A stretch of DNA of 64,000 nucleotides from Botryllus schlosseri (lineage: Eukaryota): contig CM119378.1 in assembly GCA_051294905.1 (NCBI GenBank), forward strand, positions 124,001 to 188,000, read 5' to 3'. The position numbers and the translations under genes are program-made. A model generated the notes under the pieces. It did not search any database. It worked only from the letters and a program-made list of their open reading frames with translations, and was not told the DNA's origin. Shown piece after piece: positions 50,084-63,159 of this stretch (its first letter is position 1; every line of letters starts with the position of its first letter).

Positions 50084-51599
50084 CCTAATTCATAGCAATA
50101 TATATGCAATTCCCGATCTTATTGACCTATTTTATTTTGAATTATCGAAAATTTTCGCGCTCCACGATGGCCCACTAAACGGGGATCCTGATTTCGTGGC
50201 AGAAGCGAACAACGACACGGGGGCTCGGTTTATCACCCTATGGGAACTCAAGACCTACTTGTTTTGGGGGGCCTGACGAAGTGATGTTTCGTTCCTGCCA
50301 ACGGGTATACGCCCGAAGATGTTTAATTATTATTGAATGGTTCTACCTTTTCAAACACAACTCACTCGGCTCAACCGGTCAATCTGATTACGTGAGCAGC
50401 GAGAGGATAAAAATTGATACCAATATATATGCAATTCCCGATTATATTGACCGATTCAATCATGAATTATATAAATTTTTCGCGCGTCGCGTGATTATAT
50501 AGTCTAGAGAAGCTTCCTAAAACGGACACCCGATTGAGATGATCAATAGCGGTAAACAGCCATCTAGCCTGAGGGGGTCTGGGGGTTCGAAGTTCGGTTT
50601 ATCACCCTATGGGGGGCCCAAGAGAAACTTTTTGGGGGGGGGGCTGACGAAGTGCTGTTACGGCCCTGGGTATTGATAACTAATTTGCGGATAGATGTGC
50701 AACAAGTGACTCACGATTGAATACGCCGAGATGCGTACTGCTTAGCCGGCAAAACGCAGCATAATTGGTAGTCCTATAGCTCGGGACCCAAGCGTCCGAA
50801 TAATTTGATATGTCGGTGTTTATCGAAAGCAAGTGTCGCACTGATTCCAAAAATACGAATTGAAATCTCGCCAGGGCAATACAACTACTCCGAAATAGCC
50901 AGCAAAGGTTAATTGTTCTGAACAACGGGAGCGCGGCAACACAATGGCCAATGGCGTCAAGCGAATGATCGGAACAATGCCAATTTTTATATTTTAGTGA
51001 CTATTTTGGGTTCCTTTCATTGCTCTGGTATTCGTGCGGCCCCGGCCGTACTCAGAAATTCTAAATTTGGCCCTGCCACCGAAAAAGGTTGGGAACCACT
51101 GGTGTAAAGTGTTGGCTTTTACAACCACAAGGATACCGCACGTTGTTCTTGAAAAAGACGTTGATTTCTATATTAGGGTTAACACGTCCTCCTTTAGGAG
51201 AATTTGTCCTTCCTTTTCAGGTTTTTGAAAATGTCCTCCGAGGTCGCCTAAATGTCATCCATTTTGGGAATTCCCTCTTCTTAACAGCTTTTAGAGCTAA
51301 GATAGTGGAGAGATTCGAGTGAAAATGGGTATATAAATGACGCTAAATAGGAAATTCGATCGTGCTTCGAGTGAATGTGACGACCTATTTTTTAGTCAAC
51401 CAATGTAAACTGTGAAGGAAAAGCTGTATTTCTGGAGTTGAGCTGGAAAGTTCACCGTTTTTTAGTCAACCGACGACGCAGTGGGGAAAATTTACCATTT
51501 CCTCCGAATTTTACTCTACAAATCTTGGTCTGAAAATTTTGAGAAAGTCTCCTCCTTTCCTGATTCCAAAATATGGTCACCCTATTGCATAGTGGATGA

Positions 51600-52105
51600 A
51601 TGAAGTGAATGAATCCTAAACTAAATAAAGCTGTAACACTTCTAGGCTACGTCCATCGCAGTTTTGGCAAAAGAATACAGCGTCACCCTTTGCGCATTAT
51701 ACTCATCATAAGGCCAGAGTCGACAAAAACACACTTCACCATTATTTCCTGAGGGACTGTTGTTGAAATGCTCGCCACAAATCAGATACATGCAGATACA
51801 CCTCTTGTCGTTACACTAACACTATTGCCCTACCTCGCCCAGACATTGCTTCATTGATCATTTGCTACCATTTTTTAATTTTTTTCTATTTTCCTTTCCT
51901 AACTAAACACTTTTTTACAGCCAGACTGTTCTGAGTCAAGTGTACCTGTTTGATGCTGGTGTGATCAGACTAGATGACCTTCACGGTCTTATCGATCATT
52001 CCTATCTAATACCGAATACTGTGTACGCATATTTTCTGTACCACCATCACTGCCGTTTGTTATGTATTTTGGTTCGATGAAAAATAAAGACTCTCTCTCT
52101 CTCTC
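51600..52105 (+). mobile_element. LINE 3' end fragment, longer copy (5' end approximate)
   Basis: Shares its 3' 190 bp with 26878-27070; AATAAA plus (TC)n tail. Confidence 0.65.
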
Positions 52106-54368
52106 ATGTTAGGATCATCTGTTGCTGATGTTTGTGATGATTGCATGTGTAGCTGCTTTCTTGCGTCATCTCATGGACGAAATTGCAAAATGTTCTCACC
52201 AAATGATCTGGATTCAATGGTTCAGTCATCCCAGGGCAAGTTCTTGAATGATCATAGAATTCGACTCACCAAAAGTGAATCAATATGAGAGAAGATCGCA
52301 GAATTACGGAAATTAGATTCAAATCACTTCTGTAGCCTACACATGGCCGTTACTCATAGATGATCATGTCAAAACTGGAATTGCAGTGGCATAAATTCTG
52401 GCATTGAACTTCTGACTATTGCAAGCAGTAGGTATGGCCTATATAAATGGATAATATACGAGCATATGAATGAAGATTTTAATCATTGACAAAATATATT
52501 GTAACGGGGAAAAACTAACAGGGTGTCACAACTGTCCCTGACACGGTCGACCACGATTATTGTCTATGTACGGTAGCCTACTCTAAATGGCGATGCCATG
52601 CAGTCCCAGTTCTCCTATCACTATGGACTGGTAACACTGTTCCACTTGCGTATATTACGTTGTAACCACTTGAGGTATGTATAGTCTTCTGAATAAATTA
52701 TTCTATACCAGGCAATATAATTATTCACGTGTAATTTTTTTTTTCAGGGCTTCGCGATACAACTCGACGTATTTTCAGGAATGCTATAGGAGACATGCGC
52801 ATTGCGCATCTTATCGCATTGTACACTGCGTGTGACTTGTTCAGATGAAAAATATAACCCAACGATGTCATGTTCGCTATAGCAGCTCAGTCAAAAAAGC
52901 ATGACTATATATGCATGACCAATGACTAGGGATGGTGTGAACGTGAGGTTCACGTTCGCGTTCTGTGTGTGAACCTCGTATATTAAGAGGTTCACGTTCA
53001 CAAACGAACCTTTGTAGGTTCTGGACTGTGAACCTTTTTCATAGATTACCATTTTCAAGTCATTATAGCATCTTTCATTGAAATTCTTTGCATTTCAACT
53101 TCGCTCCATTCGATGCATGGCCCTGGCAGCAAAAAAATAAACATCATTTAACGGGCGTGCATCCGCCAATCTCAAATATTTTACTTGCTTTGTTACAAAA
53201 ATTTGCTCGAAATATCCAACTTTCGGTTTGTGAATTTTAGTGACTCTCCGCTGTGAGTTTGACCCGCAATGAGACAACACTCAAGAGCGAAATACCGGGG
53301 TTGTAATGACTCGAGTCATGACTCGACTCGAGTCACGATTTTATGATGACTCGACTCGACTTGACAGCTTTCGATTGATACCAGTTTTACCAAATTTAAT
53401 GCTCGGCAAGCTGATCAAAAATGACCGTCAAATTGCCTGTAGCCAAATGGAAATTGTAACGTGATACAATTTCACTGAGCCGTGAGATTAATTGCTTGTG
53501 TCGACACCATATAGGACACTATGATTATATCATTTGATTGCCCCAGTTGATACATTTGGTGTCGTTTAAAACGGCAATATGTAGGCTACTTCAGCATTGT
53601 GGCATTATGTGGTCAATAATATAAGCTATCACAGAGGTCTCAAACTCACATGTGCTCGGTGGCCAATTTCCTAGTTTTTTGATGGCGTCGCGGCCGCAGC
53701 AGCAATAATAGGGATATTCGATGAATAATTTCTTAGTAGGCCTTATTTGACGGGACCTTGCGGACAGGCATTCTATACAGGTCGTGGAAATGCAATTTAC
53801 CATTGTACCATTCACTAGACGCGGAAAAAAGATCACATTTTCATATATTTGAATAAAATGGTTTTTGCGTCGGGCATGATTTTTTAATGAATGAGTTATA
53901 TACGGGAGATGTGGTACCGATGGATCACTGGTACCGAAAATACTTGAAACATTATCCATGATAATTCCATGATTACACTCCGTGAATTTGTCTGCATGTT
54001 GGCAGGATCTTTCCTCGAATACAAAAAATTTCCACGTGCGCGAGTTGTTGGGTCTCTGACAAATATTTTCCGTTTTTTGGGGTGTAAAATAAATTTGGAT
54101 CCACATATACCTTTTTATTTGTAACCTTGAACACGAACAAACCAACAGTCATTTTTAATGTGACGTATAGGGCTTGTATCAGGCTATATATTGACACATA
54201 TTCTTTTATTCAATACCGTTCTGGAGTGGAATATTTTTTCGATTCATTCATAAAATTCATAGGGTGGGGACCGATGATACAATAGCCAAAATCAAGCAAA
54301 ATAGTTGCACCAGCTAATCATTCAACAACTGAAAGTTGCCTACATTCGGTACCGCATTATATAAAAAT

Positions 54369-55655
54369 CAGAGGTGGTCAAAGTAGTCAAGAAAGCTACT
54401 CAAGTAGAAGTAGAAGTAGCGACGGAAAAATCTACTCAAGTACGAGTCGAAACACTTCTTCCATAAGCAACCTGAAACTACTTGAAGTAGAAGTAGAATT
54501 GACTGATTTTAAATCTACTCAAGTAAGTAAGTAGTTGTGAAAACGATCGTAATTCGTTCACATGAATTGTCAAAAGGTGCAAATTGAGCTACGCGAAAGA
54601 TGCCGAGCTTGATTCATATTGATGCATACCAGGAGGTATCCAATTTTCGACAGCATAAGTATTCTTCCGCATCATGGGATGAAAATGATAGTATTGATAT
54701 GATAATGCGATACAAATCTTCTGTTTACTCCAACAGCACGTTTTATAAAATATCGTGGTATGGCGCCCTCCCCATATTATAAGGCCTGTAATTTAGTCGA
54801 AGAACAATACGGAGAAGTTGTATAGGATACGGTGTAAACACTTTGCGCGCTTAGTGCACCCTTAGCTAATAAAAAATATGCCGGATCGTAAAAATGCCAT
54901 ACTGTGTAGCTATATTTCCGGAAATTAATGGCATTAGCCTACTTCATTTGCTTTTATACTTCAACATGTATGTTATCCAGACGAAAGAACTCATAGTATA
55001 TGATACTGGGAGTTGAAAGTGAAATATATATACTACTTCTAAAAGTTAAACATGTATTTCATGTCTTTAGTCCAGAAAGTTTCGAAGGTTGGTATGCTAA
55101 AACAGCTCTAAAACTAAAAATAAGTCCGAGTCCACTTTTCCAGATTAGGACACGCCATGGATTGCTAGATTACGATATGATAAGTAAATGCTAGATTGCG
55201 AAACTTCAGTTTGAAACGTTATGATGATCCATAATATTATATACTGTGATGAAATATTTGAGATGGCGAAGGTCGACAATGCGGTGTGAATGGAGCCACG
55301 CCAACCCACTACCTAAATTATATTCACCGATACTATCGTGCAACACTACCAGTATCCACTGCGCGCGAAGCGCGACGAAAATTCTGAGCTTTACTCAAAT
55401 TTTATGAAAAGTAAATGTTGATCCTCCGTGAAAACAGCCCAGAAATTCGTCAGGCTACCTTCCCGTTTGGAGGAATAAACTACTTCTACTTGACAAACTG
55501 AAAATAGCGAAAAGTAAGTAAGTAGATCACAAAATATTACTAAGTAGAAGTAGCGAAAAGCAGAACTACTTGAGTAAGTACCAGAAGTAGAGGAAAACTA
55601 CTTGAGTACTTCGAAAAAGTAGAAGTACTTTGTTACTGACCAGTGACCACCTCTG
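54369..55655. mobile_element. Non-autonomous TIR element with AGTAG(A) subterminal repeats
   Basis: TIR CAGAGGTGGTCA / TGACCACCTCTG; no clear TSD. Confidence 0.75.
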
Positions 55656-56547
55656 GTAATTAATTGCCTCAGATGTTTTATCGGTATAACGAGGTGTTTG
55701 TAAGACAAAATGTCGATGAATGAGCAATACGTGTGTACCCTCAAATTTATAAGTTCGAGCATAAATAGAAACGTGATTTTATGGCAACATTTGAGTTCAT
55801 ATAATTTATATTTTTTGACGATTGCGACCATACATTCTTCTTTGGAATGCTGTAGCTCAGATTATATTACACAGCAAAAAAAGATGTTGCATCTGAGTTT
55901 TCGAGAGTATGTCTCACAGGTTCCCGGGTCGTGCGCCTTTGGACTCACTGGGTGGGGACCGAGGATACGTTCGAGCAACAAATTTTAAACGTTCATAAAT
56001 ATATTTTGAAAATACGGATATTCATGTATATATCAGAGATGAGCATGGATTAGTATTAGGTTTTGAAAAAACAGGATTTGTGAAATTTTGTCGGATTTGG
56101 ATTAGACTTTTTTTTTCAGAACGGATTAGGATTTGGATTGGATTTACCTATTTTCTGGGAGATTGGAATGTCGTGTGGCGAATGGCGACAAACTTTATTC
56201 AGATCAGTTATTAAAGTACTTATGGCTACTAAGTTATCTTGAATCAAGTGAATCGTTGGTTGTGAAAGAAAATTTTCGAATCCCTCCATGGCATAAATTA
56301 GTATTTTTTCTGAATTTCCAGTTGGAATCGGATTAGGATTGGACATGGACTTGAATATGAAAGAGGTATAGATTAGGATTTGGATTTGAAAGTTCGGATT
56401 TGGATTGGATTAGGACCTAGAACTTTCAAATCATCATCATCATCATCATTGGTTTATTAGCAATTTTATCAGTTCAATACACCACAAAATGCGATACAAT
56501 GAAAAGACAGGAAGATGTCGAAGCGACAAGGAGTAGTCTATGGAATC

Positions 56548-57530
56548 CAGTGTTGGGATCAAGTCACTACCTTCGAGTCACGAGTCATTTCGAGTCATTG
56601 CACATTTTGACTCGAGTCAAGTCAAGTCAATCGATTTTCGAAGGTGACTCGAGTCAAGTCAAGTCACTCGATTTTTGGAGGTGACTCGAGTCAAGTCGAG
56701 TCAAGTCAAGTCAAGTCAAGTCAAGTCACGAGTCAAGTCACAATTCAAGTCAAATTGCCTTTTTCGAGGTATGAGGCGTGATTACGTCATTATATTTTGC
56801 TAGCTGTCTGGAACACAGATTGAGTGGTCATTGATTTTGAACTGATGAAGGAATATAGAATTAGATATCCACGCAAGTAAGACGCTGTATCGCTCACATA
56901 TAAGTAGAACTAATAAACTACGAAAGTAATTGCACAGCCTCAGTTTATAGTAACCAGCCAAAATAGAGAATAGAGAAACAAATTAGAAAGATGCAATACA
57001 TTACCCTTTTGCAAATTGATATGATACAATTCGAGCCTGAGCCAATGGTCGAGGACTATATAAACTGTTTTCGAATTCAATTTCAATAAAACACGAGGTT
57101 TGGTTGAGTTAAGAACACAGAACAGAAATAGACATTTTGCTATTACTTTACTAAAGTCTAGTTTGCGACAACGTAGGTTGTAAGCTTTGATCACTTCGTT
57201 TGCGATCAATATATTTGTGAGAGAACAATGGAGGCTCACTAAAACGCAGGATCATTGAATTATTGGTCGCTCTCACGGGTTACACCAGCGTTGCGCGAAC
57301 AATCCGAACATATGCCAGATACAGTGATTTTTATCGACACCGATTACTTGATGACTTGAAATTGACTCGTGAATTTTGCTCCGAGTCACGAGTCAATCCA
57401 CATTTCTGATACGCCGAGTCAAGTCAAGTCAAGTCATTTTAGCAAGGTGACTCGAGTCAAGTCAAGTCATACGAAAAAGTGACTCGAGTCTGACTCGAGT
57501 CAAGTCATGACTCGAGTCATCCCAACACTG
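56548..57530. mobile_element. 983-bp hAT MITE with GACTCGAGTC/AAGTC subterminal repeats
   Basis: TIR CAGTGTTGGGAT; perfect TSD ATGGAATC (56540-56547, 57531-57538). Confidence 0.92.
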
Positions 57531-57935
57531 ATGGAATCTGACACCCACCTTGGCCTAGGCGATGTAAAGAGGAGGCATGCACCAGTGTTGGGATGACTCG
57601 AGTCATGACTTGACTCGAGTCAGACTCGAGTCACATTTTCGTATGACTTGACTTGACTCGAGTCACTTTGCAAAAATGACTTGACTTGACTTGACTCGGC
57701 GCTTCAAAAATGCGGATTGACTCGTGACTCGGATCAAAATTTACGAGTCAATTTCAAGTCATCAAGTAAACGGTATCAATCAAATCAGTGTATTTTGGAC
57801 ATATGTTCGTATTGTTCGCGATACGCCTATGTGCCACTTGTTAGAGTATCCAGTCATTCACTGAATGTACGTTTGAATGATCCCCAATTATTGCATCACA
57901 AATATATTGACCACAACGAAATGATCACAGGTTAC

Positions 57936-57989
57936 GTTGTTGTTGTAGTTGTTGTAGTAGTAGTAGTAGTAGTAGAAGAAGAAGAAGAA
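57936..57989. repeat. Compound trinucleotide microsatellite (GTT)n(GTA)n(GAA)n
   Basis: Read directly from the sequence. Confidence 0.9.
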
Positions 57990-58660
57990 TACAATAGCAA
58001 TTAACGTATCTACGCTTCTTGGACGGCTCACTGCTAACATTGCGCAGTGATCACCTTTACCAACCCTCTTGTATGATTCAAATCCATATCAATTTGTTTC
58101 AACGTCTCGAGGCTTCGTATTCGAACCTAATGGCTGACATAATAACAGACTGTAGCAGTGGCGGCTCGTGACAATATCGGGTGGTGGGGCAAGGGCTGTG
58201 AGCGACTTTTATCAACATGACGTCACAATGGCGTTTTCCAACGTAAAAAAGTAACTTTATGATGGTCACATGAATTTCCCGACAACAGTGATTTTAACGT
58301 AGGTGCCGCGAGAGGTTTGCCGGTGAGCCGTGACTTGAAGTGTGGTAACAAATGTTTTATTCATTTATTTTTAATCAAAGGATTATTTTACAAAATGTAC
58401 GTGAACTAAGAATCGTCCCTATGCCACGAATCAAGTATCAGGTCATCCTTAGTAGCATGCGTTTTGATTTCATGGTAAAGTTATAGATTACGCAAATCGA
58501 TAGACCCTAAAATCCGACCGTCACCCCAAATTCGAAATCCGGATCCAGTCCGGCCAGGTAAAAAAACATTGAAATCCTGCTCCGGCTCCTGAACCGGACT
58601 GTGGCCATCTCTGGTTACGACCAGGTGATAATAGGCAACCAAAGCGGAGGCACCCGGCGT

Positions 58661-60709
58661 CAGACATGGGGTGATTATTTCATGAATGTAATCGATTGCG
58701 ATTACGATTACTTCTGAATCACGCGATTACGATTACGATTACGATTACAGCAAAATCAGGAAGTAGTCGATTACGATTACGATTACATTGGGAAAGTAAT
58801 CACGATTACTCACGATTACATTTATTTTGCATCGTAGTAGTTATATTGGAAGACAATACATGGATTGTGCTGAATAGGCCTAATGATATAACAACTGTCT
58901 TTACAAAAGATGGGACATTTCCTTGTTACGTCATAATGTACCCATTGCCCATTTTATAGAAGACGGTTTATCGCACACAACGTTTTGCATTCTTGCCAGG
59001 TCCATAACTGCCGCACCCCAAATTCCCCAATAGGATGGGGAGCGTGGTTGGAGGGTAGGCTACTCAAAAGTATTTCGTAAACCAACATAAATTATAGAGT
59101 ATTTTCGAGAGATTTCATTACCTTGGAAATTCTCTTTGAGCTTTGCGATTTAAATGTCTCTAGAAGTCTAGATAGATTGATTTCGAAATGCATATACGTC
59201 TCCCCCTCAAGAAATAAAGCATGTATCATTCATAGTAATAAGCATTTGGGTGCCATTCAATACCGCTCCTCGACACATCAAAAGACATCTGCAGTTTCGG
59301 CCAACATGAGACTCCACGAAGTGTGCTACTAAAGAAGGACATTGGTGGAAACTTAGGGTATGTGTCCATTGTCAATAGCCGCGCTGGGTGGGCGTGACTA
59401 ACAGTCCATTCCTTTCAATCTGAGCCCACGACGCAAATGCCACCCGGGCACCCACAGAGCATTACACATGACAATTCGTGAGTGGGTCTCACGCAAGTTT
59501 TTCTTTTAGTCTGACATGTTTGGGCCACTACAATCAACATCTTTTGGCTATAAAACAGACCGGAGGTCACGAATTAAAAGCATACAATAAAGTAATTATT
59601 GCAAGATACCAGATGTTATAATTATAAATTACGCGCCCCCTGCTCTTCAGGTTAATCTGGCCATCGGGCGCTGAGATAGGAATAAAAATGCAATATAATG
59701 CAATTACCAATAGTATTGAATAAATTAAATCTTCAACTTCAAAATTGACTACTCTATGGGGGCACAAGACCAATATTTGGGTGGGGGAAACTTTTGCAGT
59801 TTTGATCCTGATTCTAACCCACGCTAACTTGGTATATAAGCCGATGGCTATGGCGGCAGGTCCAAATGTTCAGTAAAAAAAATGCGAAATAGTGATTGGC
59901 GCCCGTTTTGAGTAGAATAATATGAGAATAAGAGAAAGTGAACATAAAATTCTGCCTTCAACTTGATGCAGATAATGTAATGCAGGCTGCCATTACGAAA
60001 ACGGCAAACCAACGGCTCAGTTATGATATATATCAGCAGCTGTTGATTTTAATGCGCCGTTGTGGAAACCGTAATGTTTTATTTGACGAGTACAAAATTT
60101 CAAGCCTTTGTCTGGTGTAGGTTCGTACCATATGGGCCTACTGCTCGCCAAGCAGCAAAACTGAAACTGCATTTAACTATAGAATTAGAACTATTACATT
60201 CTATAGTTTAACTAAGCAGAAACAAACTTCAATACACAAGTTGCTTAGGCAGAGAGGTGATTAAGTATCCTGTTGCGAGGTAGTGGTGTCTGAAATGTAT
60301 TGATAACCCGATTTACAGCACGATGGGTTTTCTTACAATCACACTAATGTACACCGAATATCTATTTACTATGTGTGGACTGGACACTTCTAACGCAAAG
60401 ACGAGCAAAGCTAATAGGCTACCTCTGACGTAATAATGAGCAGTGGCATTAGAAAATCCGACGCTTGTGCTCTCAATAACTGGTATATAATACGTATTCC
60501 TTGTTCACGAGTGTTCAGTTTATGTCACAGTCCTTGTACAAATAAAAAGTAATCGTTCTTTCACAAAAAAATCGATTAAATATGGGAAGTAGTCGATTAC
60601 GATTACTTCGGGATTTTTTCGAATGTAATGGATTGCGATTACGATTACTTGAAAATGCTGTAATCGTCGTAATCGATTACGATTACTAATCGCGATTACC
60701 CCATGTCTG
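58661..60709. mobile_element. 2049-bp hAT non-autonomous element with GATTAC subterminal repeats
   Basis: TIR CAGACATGGGGT; perfect TSD CCCGGCGT (58653-58660, 60710-60717). Confidence 0.92.
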
Positions 60710-61558
60710 CCCGGCGTACGATTGGACAACTTCTGGACCTCTCATTTTCGCTCTAAAGGCAACTGCGTAAACTACGTACGGAATAAAGATTCAATACGAT
60801 TCATGTTCGCACTTGACTTGACCTGACTAATTCCAATGACTAGAACTCGAGAGATTGCGTAAGCCTAACTGGAAAGGTCAACGAGTTCGGACACATACAC
60901 AATTGTTATCTCATAGATTGGGCCTGTCATATTGAATCCAGAACATCAATTTGAATGGTCTTTGAAGAACTAAGGACAGCAGCCTCGGAACTTCGGTCTC
61001 GGAACAACGTAGGACATTTTGGCCTTGAAACTGGAGACTGTGACACAACACATACGGCTTACTGTCTATAAGTTTGCTGCGAAATCGCCGTTGGAAAATA
61101 TATTAATATATAAATACATGAATAAAAGCCGTAACTTAGTATACTGTTACAAGAAATCATCGACAAGTAGCATACGCAATCTCATAACCCATTCCGGTAT
61201 GGTACACTGTCAAAATCAATGCAAACAGACGAACACCGAACTTTGAGTAAAATAGATCGAGGAATAGGCTGAACGAATGATCAGCTGTTAGCCGACATCG
61301 AAAATGAAATAGCTATCGCAATTGACAGGGGATTGTAAGCAAATGCTTTGAAGGCCACAATTTCACAGTGAAATGGACATTGACGAACATAAAATTATGT
61401 GAATATTTGAATGCAAACCGAGAATCTTGGTTAGCTGTTTCATGCGATCATCGAGATATACCATTGGAAATATCATCACCGATCTCGTTATGGAACGCAG
61501 ACTATAGATTAGCACAGACCGACACCGGCTTTTGCGTGAGATCCGCAATGACGTATAG

Positions 61559-63159
61559 CAGTGGTTCCCAACCTTTTTCCGCCCACGTACCATTTAGCGG
61601 TTTTCTGCAGTGCTCGCGTACCACCTGTACTTAAGTTCCATTATTCATGACGTCATAATCACGTATTTGACCCATGTGAGGTGTAATCAGGGCCGAAACA
61701 GCACTTCGTTAGCCCCCCCAAAAAAAAACCGTTGGCCTTTGGCCCCCCATATGATGATAAATCGAACTTATGTGGGGATTCACCCCCAGACCCTCCTCAG
61801 GCTACACGCTGTTTATTGCTACTTATCATCTACTTTGGGGGCGTTTACTCAGTCAGTTTTTCTCGCCTAAACGCGCCAAGCGCGAAAATTTCTATAATAC
61901 ATTATGGAATCGGTTAATATGATCGGGAATTGCATATATCTTGCTCTCAATTTTTATCCTCTCTCTGCTCACGTAATCAGATTTACAGGTAGAGCTGAGT
62001 GCGGTGTCTTGGAAACTGGAGGGCCCGTTGTTATGACTCCGTAGCATGATGTTATTTCGTGGCCTCCTGTCTGCAATATCAAAAAATATAGAATCGCCTA
62101 AATGTAGGCTACTAAACGATTTCAAATTGGTATTTCTTCATTGGCATATAATTTTTCCGTGCGGGGTGGTATTTTTCTTGTGAGGTTCAGATTGCCAAGA
62201 CAGGAACATTCGACGCCAGTCATTTAGGTGCCTATGTACAATTGAACCTATATGTATTTTGTATATATAACGAAGTTTCCGGTCAGCATAAGGGCAGTCT
62301 TTTTCGGCCAATATTTTCTCGCTGCCGATCGTTCTGGCACACTTCTTTGAGTCGCATGTTACATGGCCTAAAACTTGTGTGGTGGTACATCGTGGCGCGG
62401 TAATGGCCAATGCCGATATGCCCATTTCTATAAATCTTGCGTATTTTTTCTTGGGGAAAGAAATCAAGATATTCGGCAACTTGAAATCGCGCGTAGCGTG
62501 AAAAAAAATGTGAAAAAGTTGCATAAATTTTCAAACAATACTCTATAATTTATGCTAATTCAATAAATAATTTTGGGCCGCCTTCGAGCTCGCCCCCCCC
62601 CCCCAACTGAGGGGTTTGTGGTGCGAAAGTTACGGTCCTGGTTGTATTAACAACAAATGTCAATTTATTTATTGCGATTGCTGCATTTTGTTTATTTGTC
62701 TATATGCGTGGCATATACGTTTGCTCACAGCGTATCGAAAGTCATGCGTGTGCGCAAGTCGGTTTTGTTTCTTCGACTTGATAGTCATCGGGGATGAAAA
62801 TCCTTGCTCGCACTCTCACGTAAAAGGGAAAATTAGCAGCTTGGGAATAGCGCGAGAACCTATAGCGTTGAATACGAGGAGGCCATGCTACGCCAGGAGT
62901 TTATTCGAGAACAATCTTTGTGTTTCGTCTTTGCTGTCTGGTAATCTTGGATATCTATGACCCGACAGGAAGGTCTGCTGGATTAACAGAGGATGGATCG
63001 GTCATTTAGGCACAACATGTCCCATCCGGAAAGTAATGCCTCAACTCAGCATTGAGCAGTGAGAGGAGATCTATGATTTCACGGGAAACTACTCGCGTAC
63101 CACCTGGAATGCCTTCGCGTACCACTAGTGGTACGCGTACCACAGGTTGGGAACCACTG
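61559..63159. mobile_element. hAT MITE (GCGTACCAC family) carrying a nested insertion
   Basis: TIR CAGTGGTTCCCAACCT; perfect TSD ACGTATAG (61551-61558, 63160-63167). Confidence 0.92.
61688..62640. mobile_element. 953-bp CAGGGCCGTAAC-family element (relatives at ~496-1420, 9180-9480, 45700-50668, 58997-59500)
   Basis: Ends CAGGGCCGAAAC / GTTACGGTCCTG; degenerate TSD GGTGTAAT / GTTGTATT; absent from the sister copy 25869-26664. Confidence 0.8.

Noticed and set aside
53591..54145. 184-aa ORF on the minus strand
   Set aside because: No recognisable domain, non-ATG start, and it lies within MITE-like sequence.
56560..57720. GACTCGAGTC/AAGTC arrays (also GATTAC arrays at 58690-58820) as CRISPR-like repeats
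   Set aside because: No constant repeat with unique spacers, no cas genes, and a eukaryotic context. They are subterminal repeats of TSD-flanked MITEs.
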